The notes below the pieces were generated by a model, which was not told where the DNA came from, did no database searches, and saw only the letters and a program-made list of their open reading frames with translations. A DNA stretch of 64,000 nt from Ignavibacteriota bacterium (GTDB taxonomy: Bacteria > Bacteroidota > Ignavibacteria > Palsa-1295): contig CAWBEI010000002.1 in NCBI GenBank assembly GCA_963787835.1, positions 1,568,001 through 1,632,000 of the forward strand, given 5' to 3'. Position numbers and translations under genes: made by a program. Numbering within the stretch: the stretch's first letter is position 1; every line of letters starts with the position of its first letter. Positions 30,137 through 39,665 of the stretch are shown in pieces.

Positions 30137-31927
30137 TTACCCTTGTAAGATAAACACTCCCAAATTCACATCTTTTTTGAGTCTTAATTTCTTACGGATC
30201 TGCAACCGGTATGCTTCGATGGAGCGAAGAGACACACACAGCAAGTTTGCCATATCTTTGGAACCCAATCCGAGCTTGATAAGCGCGCACACCTTTAGCT
30301 CGGTAGGACTGAGCTGCGGAAATCGTTTGGCAAGATTTGCAATGACTTCCGGACTCAGAGTTTCAAGCTGCTTTTCAAATTGTTTCCATTCTTGCTCTGA
30401 CTGAGACTGCTGTTTTAGGCGCCGGGCAAGTTCATCGAGCGATTGTTTGTGTGTTTTCGCTACTTTCTTGGCAGTCTCGCCAATCTCTTTTCCTATGGAA
30501 TTAAGGAAATTAGAGTGTTGCACGATGGACATTGCCATGGTTGCCAGATGCTTTGTCTTCAGATCGAGTTCGCGCTCAATGCGTTCGTTTTCGATCTTGA
30601 GCATGGCCTCGCGCTGTTCGGCTTGTTCGCGTTCGAGTTCCAGCTTGATATGTTGGAGCCGTCGGTCTGCTTCCTGCCGGAGCAGTTCCTCATTTAATTG
30701 ATGATACTTCTCGAAGTATTCAAGAGCCTTCGAGGGTTCATTTGCTTCACGATAAATTTTGGAAAGCAACTCATAAGCATTCCGTATCACGGGTTTGGCG
30801 CCCATTGTTTGTGCGGTGGAAATCGCTTGATTGATCGACCGGATGGCGGAGGGTACATCGCTCATTCGCGACTGGATATGGCCAAGTGTTAGCATTGCGT
30901 CGGCCATTCCATCTCGTTCGTTGATCTGCTTCATCAGGGCAAGCGATGCCTGAACGGATTCGAGGGCCGCTTCGAGATGACCCTCCTGGAGTAGTACTTC
31001 GGCCAGAACTCCAAGCCCTCCTGAGTAGCCGTAGAGATCCTCCAGACCCCTTGAAATCACGAGACCTTTTTCCAGCCAAGCTCGCGCATCCTTAAGTTCG
31101 CCAAGCCGCATATGCATCGTTCCAAGGTTGAGGAAACACCACCCATACTCGGTCTTTAATCGACCGAGACGTTCATAGATTGCAAGACTCTTTTCATAAT
31201 ACTCAATGGCCTTTCGGTAATCCGGTAAGAGAGCATACACATTCCCGATATTGAGCAGCATCGTCGCGATCCCGACCTCATCACCCAAATGCTCCTTGAT
31301 GAGAAGCGCATGAAAAAGCGACTGAAGCGCCTGGTCGAAGTTTCCCTGCTCATTTTGGATCATGCTCATGCCCACCAGTGCATTCGATTCCGACTGCGGA
31401 TCGCCAACGTCCCCAGCGAGACGGAGCGCACTGGAGAAATGTTCCAATGCTTCCTGATAGTGACCTGTGCGTTTATAGATCCCAGCGATACTGGTCAAGC
31501 TTTGAAGTGCATTCCCATAATCATCAGACTCCTCTGACAAGTATTTTGATCGCTGGAACAAGACGAGCGCTTTATCATACTCGCACACGGAGGCTTCGAC
31601 GGCTCCAAGGAACAGTATCGTGCGCACAACATTCCTCCGGTCATTCAGGCGTTCTAAGAGAGGCAGTGCTTCTTCAAAATGCGCTCTTGCTTGCTCGAAT
31701 TCGTTCCGACGAAAGCAATATAAACCTTTCGAGCGCAGTAAATAGGCAAACTCCTTTCGTCCTTCGCCACGCTTCATCAATGTTCGAGCAAGAGGGAGCG
31801 CTTCGTTTATCAGTTCACTTGCTCGCTTGTGATTATTCGAAACAAGTTGTAGCGACGACTCTGCGATGAGTTTCATTCGCTCCAGCGGACTGGCGGCTTC
31901 CTCTAATTGCTGCTCAAGATCTGGCAT
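30137..31927 (-). CDS. TPR-repeat protein with C-terminal LuxR-type HTH (transcriptional regulator)
   Basis: Multiple TPRs (NIGNVY..YRKAIEYYEKSL), coiled coil, LSPTELKVCALIKLGLGSKDMA...RKKL. Confidence 0.9.
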   Translation of the reverse strand: MPDLEQQLEEAASPLERMKLIAESSLQLVSNNHKRASELINEALPLARTLMKRGEGRKEFAYLLRSKGLYCFRRNEFEQARAHFEEALPLLERLNDRRNVVRTILFLGAVEASVCEYDKALVLFQRSKYLSEESDDYGNALQSLTSIAGIYKRTGHYQEALEHFSSALRLAGDVGDPQSESNALVGMSMIQNEQGNFDQALQSLFHALLIKEHLGDEVGIATMLLNIGNVYALLPDYRKAIEYYEKSLAIYERLGRLKTEYGWCFLNLGTMHMRLGELKDARAWLEKGLVISRGLEDLYGYSGGLGVLAEVLLQEGHLEAALESVQASLALMKQINERDGMADAMLTLGHIQSRMSDVPSAIRSINQAISTAQTMGAKPVIRNAYELLSKIYREANEPSKALEYFEKYHQLNEELLRQEADRRLQHIKLELEREQAEQREAMLKIENERIERELDLKTKHLATMAMSIVQHSNFLNSIGKEIGETAKKVAKTHKQSLDELARRLKQQSQSEQEWKQFEKQLETLSPEVIANLAKRFPQLSPTELKVCALIKLGLGSKDMANLLCVSLRSIEAYRLQIRKKLRLKKDVNLGVFILQG

Positions 31928-31972
31928 GAAGGCAGAAATGGGAAGTGGAATCCTATGGTTCCCTCAATGATG

Positions 31973-33772
31973 TTACGGTCTCGCTACGACCGGCAGTGAG
32001 GGATATGCTTCTGCTTTTTTCTTCTGCACTTCGAGTTCCGGTGCGAGGATGTCTTCCGGCGCAATGAGCGTGCCGGGTACTTTCGAGCTGAAACTGAACA
32101 GCCCGCCGGAACCGGCGGAAATAAGCATGTTATGCGTTACGCTTTCTTTGGAAGCGATCATCTCGCGCAAATCGCGAATGGAGGGAAGCCCGATCTCTGC
32201 GCCACGCACTAATTCTTCATGTCCATCGGCAAATACTTTATAGATCAGCGCGGGAATGATCATCTTCCCATTGGCAAGCAGGTCCTGAATGCTGAATCCG
32301 GCATCCGAAGGCGGCGCACCAATATCGAGCGAACGAACGACGAGCCCAAAATCATAGCCATCGTCCTTGGCGCGTGTAAGGAGTTCCTGTTTCATGGTGG
32401 AGAGCTTCATCGCCTTGGAATCTTTGTACTCGACAACGCCAGGAGCAGGTACATTATCTGTTAGCCCTGGTAAGCCGCTGGTAAGGGAGCGTGCGTGCCC
32501 GTTGGGATCGAGGATCTCTTTGGTGGGAGTGCGGGTCATATAGAGGGTTTTAAGGATACCTTTATCCACCATAATCAGGTTCGCGGGCGGCACGACGCCT
32601 TCATCATCGACAGGGTAATATCCGAGGAAATCAATACCGTTTCGAGATTTGGTAAGCGAAATATCGTTGATAGAAACCGTCGCGGGAAGAATGCGGGTGT
32701 TCAGCTTCTCTTTGAGGGAGGCTCGCTTACCAGAAGAGAAGATCGAGGAGACGTCGTTGCCAAAAATATCCTCGCGAACGGCGAACATTCTTGAGATGAC
32801 ATTCTCAGAAAGAAAATCGGCCGCCGCTTCGTTCTCGAAGAGGATCGGGCCGGTATATTCTTTATCGAAGAGCGGTGCAGCCTGCAAGGCGATAATATCA
32901 TTCGCAAGCTCATCTACCCGCGATTGCAATTCGCGTTGGGAAGGAAGTTTATCGGGTGTCGTAGCATCGAAGCTTCGTGAAAGCACCAATGGCTCGCCAT
33001 CGGATGTTGCTTGCGAGGATGCTTCCATCGTGATCTCGCATAGTGTTATTGGCTTTCGCGTTTTTGTGCCTTCTGTATTCTGGATCCATTCATACGAGTT
33101 TGAGATCGAGAGCGAAACGCTTGAGGTCTGGATCTCCGGATGCAAACTGAAACCTATGCTCAAATTTTTCACCATTGTTTCAAGCGCGGCACGGTCGTAG
33201 TGCAGCGTAGCCGGTGGCACCGCGACCTGAACGGCGGGTGCTTGTGAAAAATCGGGAAGGTTTTTCAGATCGTCCGAAAGCTGTTTATGTTCCAGCGCAG
33301 CTTTTTTCTTCGAGAAGGTTTCGTTCGCTTCTTTGAAGAGGTCATCCGTCGAAAGCCACAGGACGCGCCGGATCCCGGTATAATCATCGTCGAGCGGGAG
33401 CGTATTATCCGGTGCACTGCTGAAGCTGAATAATCCGGTATTGTCCGAGAAATTTTCGTCGTTAAACTGATAATTGTTCAGAAGCAGGCGAACCGTTTCC
33501 TTGCGCTCGTGATGGTCGTTGGAGCGGGTAAGGGAACCATTAGATGCGGAAATATCCAGCTTCTGCTGATCGCTGACGGTATAGGCAATAAAGAAAGGAT
33601 CGATAAGACCGGCGAGATGTAATTCCGATTTGGCACGAACGAGTTCGTCGGTCATTGCTTTTTGAACGACGGAAATGGTTTGCTCAGAAACCTGTGCCTG
33701 TGCCGATCCGACCATGGCAATAACTGCAATACCGGCTACGATCCACTTTCGCATAGCTATAAACGTTCTCAT
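31973..33772 (-). CDS. exported TldE/PmbA-like (non-catalytic) protein
   Basis: Signal peptide (..AQAQ); DDEGV, NGHAR, ELVRG; lacks HExxxH. Confidence 0.8.
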   Translation of the reverse strand: MRTFIAMRKWIVAGIAVIAMVGSAQAQVSEQTISVVQKAMTDELVRAKSELHLAGLIDPFFIAYTVSDQQKLDISASNGSLTRSNDHHERKETVRLLLNNYQFNDENFSDNTGLFSFSSAPDNTLPLDDDYTGIRRVLWLSTDDLFKEANETFSKKKAALEHKQLSDDLKNLPDFSQAPAVQVAVPPATLHYDRAALETMVKNLSIGFSLHPEIQTSSVSLSISNSYEWIQNTEGTKTRKPITLCEITMEASSQATSDGEPLVLSRSFDATTPDKLPSQRELQSRVDELANDIIALQAAPLFDKEYTGPILFENEAAADFLSENVISRMFAVREDIFGNDVSSIFSSGKRASLKEKLNTRILPATVSINDISLTKSRNGIDFLGYYPVDDEGVVPPANLIMVDKGILKTLYMTRTPTKEILDPNGHARSLTSGLPGLTDNVPAPGVVEYKDSKAMKLSTMKQELLTRAKDDGYDFGLVVRSLDIGAPPSDAGFSIQDLLANGKMIIPALIYKVFADGHEELVRGAEIGLPSIRDLREMIASKESVTHNMLISAGSGGLFSFSSKVPGTLIAPEDILAPELEVQKKKAEAYPSLPVVARP

Positions 33773-33773
33773 C

Positions 33774-35498
33774 TTAATTGCCCTCCTTCATTGCATCTGG
33801 CGCCGGGAGGATCGGCAGGCGCTCCTGTGACTTTTGCTTTTTCTGTACCTCAATTTCCCGCACCAGCAAACTGGGGCTCGATGCCGAGACCGGAACCCAT
33901 CCGGATTCCGCTCCGCAAATTCCATTAAAGGTTTCGCTATCATTCCCTGCTGCTACAATGCGCTCGAACGTTGAAAGCGGCGTGCCGATCAGATCGACTC
34001 CGCGCACAAGTTCATCAGGCCGCCCATCGGCATACACGCGATACACAAGCGTCGGAAGTACATTGAAGGCATTTGGGATCGTTCGGCCAGTGAGCGTGAA
34101 GCCACCCTCTACTTCATCGAACATAAGTCCGAAGGGCTTGTTCTGTTTTTTACATTCTGCAATAAGTAATTTGCGTAGCGAGTCCACGGGAACCGTCTGC
34201 CGCGCAACCACGACAAGATTTGATTGCCGGGCCACGGGCAGTTTGCCTGGCTCGGCGCGCCCATGCCCATTCGAATGCGCAAAACCCTCGATCGGCGAGC
34301 GGGACATCAGGAAATTTCTCAGCACGCCGCTATCGACAGCGTTAACGCGCTGGCCTTTCACGCCTTCATCGTCATACTTATAATACCCGAGCAGATCGGT
34401 GTTGCCATATTTCTTCTGATTGGGATCGAAATAGACATCGATAAAGCTTGGTAGTATCTGCTGGCCGATCTTTTTCTTGAAGGTTTGTCCTTCATCCTCG
34501 TTCTTTTCACGATGGCCTTCATCGCGATGGCCGAATATCTCATGAAAGAACACTCCGGATGCACCGCCCGAAAGGATCGCTGGACCGGCATAAGGATCGA
34601 CGATCGGCGCATCGCGCAGCTTTTCCAGCGTAGCGATCATAGTGCGCACATCCTGAATGATCGAATCGTCCGGTGGGAGATCGTCCGGAGTGTAGGCAAA
34701 ATAACTTTTATAGAGCGGCAATTCCATACCGTCGTCTGCTTTTGCGGTTGCCAGAACCATGAGGCGCACGTACAGCTGGTTCGAGGCGATCTCCCCGCCT
34801 TCGGTCGATACAAAATATTTTCGAACGATATTTGCGTCGAGCATAGCCTTGGCTTCGAAAATATCCTTCTTGCCTGCAAAGAGCGCTGAAATTTTGTTAA
34901 GACGAGCTTCCCATCCTTTGCGGTCTCGAAAGTATCCAGCCATTGCAATATCCGGCTCGTAATAATGATTTGCCGCATCGGCTTGGCTGAAATCTCCGGA
35001 AGTATCTTCCTCGGTAACTTTAACGGTCTTGTTCGTTCGAACTTGCTGAAGGCGTTCCGTAGCAGAATTATAACTTTCATTTGTAGCCCGCCAGAGCGCA
35101 AGTTTGAGCGATTGTGCATTGTCCTCGAACGGAATTGCGCGAGCGCCGCTGCGGGCGAACATGTCATTCGATGCTCGTATCTGATGCGTGTTGTCGAGCG
35201 AGTAATCGCCGACTCGAAGATCGACCAGTAAGGTACGGCGGTGAGTAGAATCGGACTTCGTGATCGCACCATAACTGGAGACGATACTGACATTTTGCTC
35301 GTCACCGATATTATAGCTCATATAATATGGTGGAGTCGGCTGCTTGGAAAGAGCGAATTGCTCGCGAGCAAGCTCCGACTTCATCGTCTGAATGACGACA
35401 TCGTTAGCGGCAGTCTCCTGGGCCCAAGCGGTCCCCGAGATACATAGAATAATTATAGAAAGAGCGAATACTCGCTTATTTAACGAAAATGAGTACAT
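33774..35498 (-). CDS. exported TldD-like metalloprotease
   Basis: Signal peptide (..TAWAQ) from ATG 35498; HEIFGH, DDEGV, NGHGR, ARQSNL, CGAESG. Confidence 0.88.
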   Translation of the reverse strand: MYSFSLNKRVFALSIIILCISGTAWAQETAANDVVIQTMKSELAREQFALSKQPTPPYYMSYNIGDEQNVSIVSSYGAITKSDSTHRRTLLVDLRVGDYSLDNTHQIRASNDMFARSGARAIPFEDNAQSLKLALWRATNESYNSATERLQQVRTNKTVKVTEEDTSGDFSQADAANHYYEPDIAMAGYFRDRKGWEARLNKISALFAGKKDIFEAKAMLDANIVRKYFVSTEGGEIASNQLYVRLMVLATAKADDGMELPLYKSYFAYTPDDLPPDDSIIQDVRTMIATLEKLRDAPIVDPYAGPAILSGGASGVFFHEIFGHRDEGHREKNEDEGQTFKKKIGQQILPSFIDVYFDPNQKKYGNTDLLGYYKYDDEGVKGQRVNAVDSGVLRNFLMSRSPIEGFAHSNGHGRAEPGKLPVARQSNLVVVARQTVPVDSLRKLLIAECKKQNKPFGLMFDEVEGGFTLTGRTIPNAFNVLPTLVYRVYADGRPDELVRGVDLIGTPLSTFERIVAAGNDSETFNGICGAESGWVPVSASSPSLLVREIEVQKKQKSQERLPILPAPDAMKEGN

Positions 35499-35602
35499 TT
35501 CTGAAATTAACGTGCAAAACCAGCGTCTGATCGACCGGAGGAATCTTTTGAATCGCAAAAGAGCGAGAAGAGTTCGGAAAAGCTTTGTAGCAGGAAGTGC
35601 TA

Positions 35603-36622
35603 CTATGTTGCTAACTCCGACATTGCAAGCAAAAATGCTCCCGTACCCCACCACCATTCGCCAGTGGAGAGGGATTTGTAATATTCGATCGTTCCAGGCC
35701 AGGTGCCTTCGGAAACTCCCAAAACACGACCAGCATCATCCACAGAATTTGCAATACCTCTCGTTGTTTTTTTAATAACTCCGGTATGATCCATCAGTCC
35801 CATTTTTTGAGCTTTCACGTAAGCAAAAAGGAACATGGCAGAAGCAGATACTTCCTCATAGCTGGTCTTGTCATCGAGGATGGTTCGCCAGAGGCCGTTC
35901 TTCGTTTGGAGCTTCGCGATCTCGGAACCAAGCTGCTGAAAAATGATAAGCAGGTTTTTATACCTTGCAGATTTTTTATCCAGCAAGGGAAGGATTTCAG
36001 CCAGTGTCATCATCACCCAGCCGTTTCCACGCGCCCAGCTTCCTTCGGAGCGTTTACCGCCAAGATTCTCCTCGCAATGGATGAAGAATGGTTTATCGCC
36101 ATCTTGTAACCTATCGAGATGAAGGACGATCTGTTTCACCGCTTCATCTTCCCAATCAACCCCGAGGAACGGTCCGATCTTTGCAAGAAGAGCAGAGGAA
36201 TAATAAACGGTATCGATGTAAATATGAGGGAGGTCGATATTGTGCAGCAAAAATCCCTCGCCATTGCGGAGGGCTTTGTCTCGCATGAATTCGTAAATGC
36301 GGTGCGCCGTGTCTTCAAGCTGCATTCTGAATTCTGGGAACTCACGAACGACGTCAGGAAACAGGAGCGCGAAGCTCCACGATCCGCAGAAATAATTCAC
36401 CCAAAGCCGTTCCGCAAGATGAAATGCAAGCCAGCGCCGAAGATAAGCTCGCACCTTGGGATTATCATCAATAGAAAGTCCTCGCAGCAAGCCATACATC
36501 GCCAGCGATTGTCCCCAATCGGTCGATTGTGATTCGGGGCGATAGCGTGCTATGAAGGATTCGCTCACCGTGCGAATGAACTTGCGAGCCTCTTGTGATT
36601 GGTCTTTATTTGGTTTTGCCAT
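35603..36622 (-). CDS. GH105/GH88 unsaturated glycuronyl hydrolase
   Basis: DWGQ, YIDTVYY, WARGNGW, QTKNGLW, EVSASAMF. Confidence 0.85.
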   Translation of the reverse strand: MAKPNKDQSQEARKFIRTVSESFIARYRPESQSTDWGQSLAMYGLLRGLSIDDNPKVRAYLRRWLAFHLAERLWVNYFCGSWSFALLFPDVVREFPEFRMQLEDTAHRIYEFMRDKALRNGEGFLLHNIDLPHIYIDTVYYSSALLAKIGPFLGVDWEDEAVKQIVLHLDRLQDGDKPFFIHCEENLGGKRSEGSWARGNGWVMMTLAEILPLLDKKSARYKNLLIIFQQLGSEIAKLQTKNGLWRTILDDKTSYEEVSASAMFLFAYVKAQKMGLMDHTGVIKKTTRGIANSVDDAGRVLGVSEGTWPGTIEYYKSLSTGEWWWGTGAFLLAMSELAT

Positions 36623-37259
36623 TCTTAAATTGTTGAACAGACGCCACGATTCTTTTCACGCGTTTTGTGATGAGATCCAAGTCTCCGATTTCCAGATCGC
36701 GATCACTTATGAGGGGAGTTCCAATTCCAACGGCAGATGCTCCGGCTTCGAACCACTCTGGAACATTCTCAATAGTCACCCCATTGGTGGGAACGAAACG
36801 AATATGCGGCAAAGGTCCACGCATGGCGCGAATATATTGTGGCCCAAGTCCGGCAAGTGGAAATAGCTTCACAAAATCCGATCCGGCTTGTGAAGCTTGC
36901 CATGCTTCGGTCGGTGTGAGTGCGCCCGCCATAGAAACTACTCCAACTTCGGTCGCCACAGCGAGCATATCAAGATCGGTTACCGGGCTGACGAGAAATT
37001 TTGCGCCGCTCTCTATCGCTTTCGTTGCAGATTCAACACCGATCACAGTTCCCGCACCGATGAGGTAATCTGGGAATGCTTTGCTTACGCGATAGATACA
37101 CTCCTCGGCATTCTTCGAATTCATCGTGATTTCGACGATTGAAATGCCGCCTTTTACGATGGCCTCAACCACTCGTTCAATCTCTTCCGTGCGCTGCAAA
37201 CGGAGCACGGCGAACACTTTCTCTTTCAGGATCCGCTGGATGACCGTTTCTTTAGTCAT
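36606..37259 (-). CDS. eda: KDPG/KHG aldolase
   Basis: AVLR, EITM, GAGTV, TPTEA, KLFP, PTNGV. Confidence 0.93.
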   Translation of the reverse strand: MTKETVIQRILKEKVFAVLRLQRTEEIERVVEAIVKGGISIVEITMNSKNAEECIYRVSKAFPDYLIGAGTVIGVESATKAIESGAKFLVSPVTDLDMLAVATEVGVVSMAGALTPTEAWQASQAGSDFVKLFPLAGLGPQYIRAMRGPLPHIRFVPTNGVTIENVPEWFEAGASAVGIGTPLISDRDLEIGDLDLITKRVKRIVASVQQFKNGKTK

Positions 37260-37705
37260 CGTGCTTTGGCGGATGATGATTTCGAGCGATTCACCGCGCT
37301 TGGACGAATTGACCTCGACAATGGCTTCGCTTTGCTCGTGTTAGCTAATCGTTTTGGTTTTGTTATTCGAATCGGCTTCAGTGGCTCAATCGACATACGT
37401 AGCCCAAGCGAGTGTAGAATCTTGGTGATGCTATCGAACCGAGGGTTCCCGTCCGGCGATAGTGCGGTGTAGAGGTTCTCACGGCTGAGTCCCGATCTTT
37501 GCGCGAGCTTTGTAAAACCACCTTGCGCTTTGGCAACCTTGTTGAGGGCGATGAGGATGTATTCCATTTCGCCGTCTTCAATCACCGAATTTAGATAGGC
37601 CCCAGCCTCAACCGGATCCCTCAGGAATTCAAGCTGAAGTGGTGCCCAGGGGAGGCTGCGTGGATGTGCCTCGTTGTTTCCAGTCTTTCCAATATGCTTT
37701 TGCAT
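37256..37705 (-). CDS. addiction-module antidote protein (HI1420/HigA-like HTH); start uncertain
   Basis: GGFTKLAQRSGLSRENLYTALSPDGNPRFDS. Confidence 0.85.
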   Translation of the reverse strand: MQKHIGKTGNNEAHPRSLPWAPLQLEFLRDPVEAGAYLNSVIEDGEMEYILIALNKVAKAQGGFTKLAQRSGLSRENLYTALSPDGNPRFDSITKILHSLGLRMSIEPLKPIRITKPKRLANTSKAKPLSRSIRPSAVNRSKSSSAKAR

Positions 37706-37994
37706 TTCGAATATCCTTTCGTTGTGTTGTCTTATCTCCACCAACGAGTAGAATAACTACTCGCTGACCTTCTTGACCGTAATAAACGCGTAGCCCGCTT
37801 CCGACATGAATACGTAGCTCCGAAACACCTTCGCCTACAGGTTCCGAGTCGCCGAAGTTGCCGTTCTCAACTCGATCGAGTCGCTTCGAAATGATGAGAC
37901 GGTTCTCCGTGGTCAGCGTTCGATACCATTCCTCGAATGGCACGTGGCCATCTCGATTACAGTAATACTCAAGTTCTCTCGGAGACGATTCCAC
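37629..37994 (-). CDS. addiction-module killer protein (RelE/HigB, HI1419-like)
   Basis: RLDRVENGNFGD..VGEGVSELRIHVGSGLRVYY..LLVGGDK. Confidence 0.92.
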   Translation of the reverse strand: MESSPRELEYYCNRDGHVPFEEWYRTLTTENRLIISKRLDRVENGNFGDSEPVGEGVSELRIHVGSGLRVYYGQEGQRVVILLVGGDKTTQRKDIRNAKAYWKDWKQRGTSTQPPLGTTSA

Positions 37995-38006
37995 TGTCGT
38001 TGAATG

Positions 38007-38024
38007 TGTAAGTTATGTATTACA
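38007..38024. promoter_or_regulatory. palindromic operator candidate for the TA module
   Basis: tgtaa-N8-ttaca just upstream of the toxin start. Confidence 0.45.
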
Positions 38025-38059
38025 ACAGCCTTCCGAGAGCGATGGTTGCAATGGCTTCG

Positions 38060-38848
38060 TTATCGAAGCCCCGTTGGAATGGCCTCGTATCCCGGCTGAA
38101 CGTTCACATCTGCAAGGGTGCGCCATGCGCCATCTTCCAGCGAGCAGAGGATCCAGACGAAATTAACAGGATAACCCGGTGCGGCAACATTCGGGTGGTA
38201 ACCCTTGACAATCGTTACCGCGTCGTTCTCATACACGGGGCGGACAAACTCCGGCTGATCAAGATTGGTGTAGATATATTGCGTGGCAAACGCGGGCGAT
38301 GGCATGTCGAAGAAAAGATAAAGTTCTTCACGTGTTGCGGCGTGTTCGTGCGGCGGCCAGCTTGTCCAGTTGCCGGGTTTTGACATCGTAAACCCGAGGA
38401 GCATGCGCGAACCCTCGATATTCTCGCACAATACTTTATTCAAATCGCGGTAATATGGTTCTTTCCCAACTTTAAGTGCAAGCGATTCTGTCGGTTTCAC
38501 GTCGTGCTCGTAGCTAACGAGCCGTGTTGGATGAGATATTTCCGTTTGCGCCGAAGCTTCGATGAGATCAAACGATTCATTGGTCGATACTTCAAATGTT
38601 TCCCCACGCGAAATATACATTCCATCGAATTTCTGAAGATCGAATGTTTTCTCCCCAACTTTCACGTGCCCTGCGCCATGCAAGCAAAGGAGGGTTGTCT
38701 CTCGGCCAGCATTTTGCGCGCTGACACTGGAAATTTCCTTATCAAGAATAATACGTCCGGCATGAAGCACTTTGAATGCCGATGTTTCGGGAGTGATCGT
38801 GATATTACGACCTTTTTTTGCTGCTGTGTTGCGAAATAGCCAATCCAT
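38060..38848 (-). CDS. KduI/IolB family isomerase (IolB-like sequence)
   Basis: GNWTSWPPHEH, EELY, KGYHPNVAAPGY. Confidence 0.88.
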   Translation of the reverse strand: MDWLFRNTAAKKGRNITITPETSAFKVLHAGRIILDKEISSVSAQNAGRETTLLCLHGAGHVKVGEKTFDLQKFDGMYISRGETFEVSTNESFDLIEASAQTEISHPTRLVSYEHDVKPTESLALKVGKEPYYRDLNKVLCENIEGSRMLLGFTMSKPGNWTSWPPHEHAATREELYLFFDMPSPAFATQYIYTNLDQPEFVRPVYENDAVTIVKGYHPNVAAPGYPVNFVWILCSLEDGAWRTLADVNVQPGYEAIPTGLR

Positions 38849-38878
38849 AATTCTTAATTGTTAATTTTCACTTCTTAA

Positions 38879-39661
38879 TTAATACGCCAGCCATCCGCCG
38901 TCGACAGCAAGGATGTGCCCGTTAACATAATCCGATGCCGCAGAAGCAAGATAGATAACCGCTCCCGCAAGATCCTCCGGTTCGCCCCAGCGTCCGGCAG
39001 GGATGCGAGAGAAGATCTGTGCGCTACGCTCGGAATTCGCACGGAGTGCTGCGGTATTGTCGGTTACCATATATCCGGGCGCGATGGCGTTCACATTAAC
39101 ACCATATTTTGCCCACTCATTCGAAAGCGCTTTTGTCAGTTGGGCCACGCCGCCTTTTGCGGCTGCATAAGCAACGACATTCAACCCTCCCTGAAACGCA
39201 AGCAGCGATGCGATATTGATAATCTTCCCGCTCCCTTGTTCGATCATCGCTTTCCCGGCCACTTGCGACCATTGGAACACGGCGTTCAGATCGGTATCGA
39301 TCACTTCGTTCCAATCGTGAGCGGTGTAATCAGATGCAGGGGAGCGGCGGATAATGCCAGCATTATTGACGAGAATATCAATGCTGCCATAACGCTGGAT
39401 GGTCGCGGAGATCACCTCCAGCGCCTTGGTCGGATCTTTTACATCGGCAATAATCCAATGGGACTGATCGGTCCCATGTGTCCCATCGGAATTAATAGCC
39501 TTTTGTACTTCCGCCAGTGCCGCTTCATCTCTTCCAACAAGCACTACGTTGGCCCCGGCGCCAGCCAGCGCAATTGCCACCGCGCGACCCAGCCCACGCG
39601 AGGCGCCGGTTACTATTGCTGTCTTGTCTTGCAGTGAAAATAGAGATTCGAGGAATGACAT
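38879..39661 (-). CDS. kduD: 2-dehydro-3-deoxy-D-gluconate 5-dehydrogenase (SDR)
   Basis: TGASRGLG, NNAGIIRR, IASLLAFQGG, YAAAK, NEWA..GVNVNAIAPGY. Confidence 0.9.
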   Translation of the reverse strand: MSFLESLFSLQDKTAIVTGASRGLGRAVAIALAGAGANVVLVGRDEAALAEVQKAINSDGTHGTDQSHWIIADVKDPTKALEVISATIQRYGSIDILVNNAGIIRRSPASDYTAHDWNEVIDTDLNAVFQWSQVAGKAMIEQGSGKIINIASLLAFQGGLNVVAYAAAKGGVAQLTKALSNEWAKYGVNVNAIAPGYMVTDNTAALRANSERSAQIFSRIPAGRWGEPEDLAGAVIYLASAASDYVNGHILAVDGGWLAY

Positions 39662-39665
39662 GGGA

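Larger units (their letters stand above)
28458..32068. mobile_element. integrase-less genomic islet bounded by direct repeats
   Basis: Direct repeat of the gene 3' end flanks two accessory genes; no recombinase gene inside. Confidence 0.65.

Noticed and set aside
28458-32068. Diversity-generating retroelement (template/variable repeat pair)
   Set aside because: Differences are mostly synonymous and not adenine-specific, and there is no reverse transcriptase in the window.
38849-38882. Short ttcttaa/ttgttaa heptamer-like repeats between kduD and the isomerase
   Set aside because: Too short and degenerate to assign a function.
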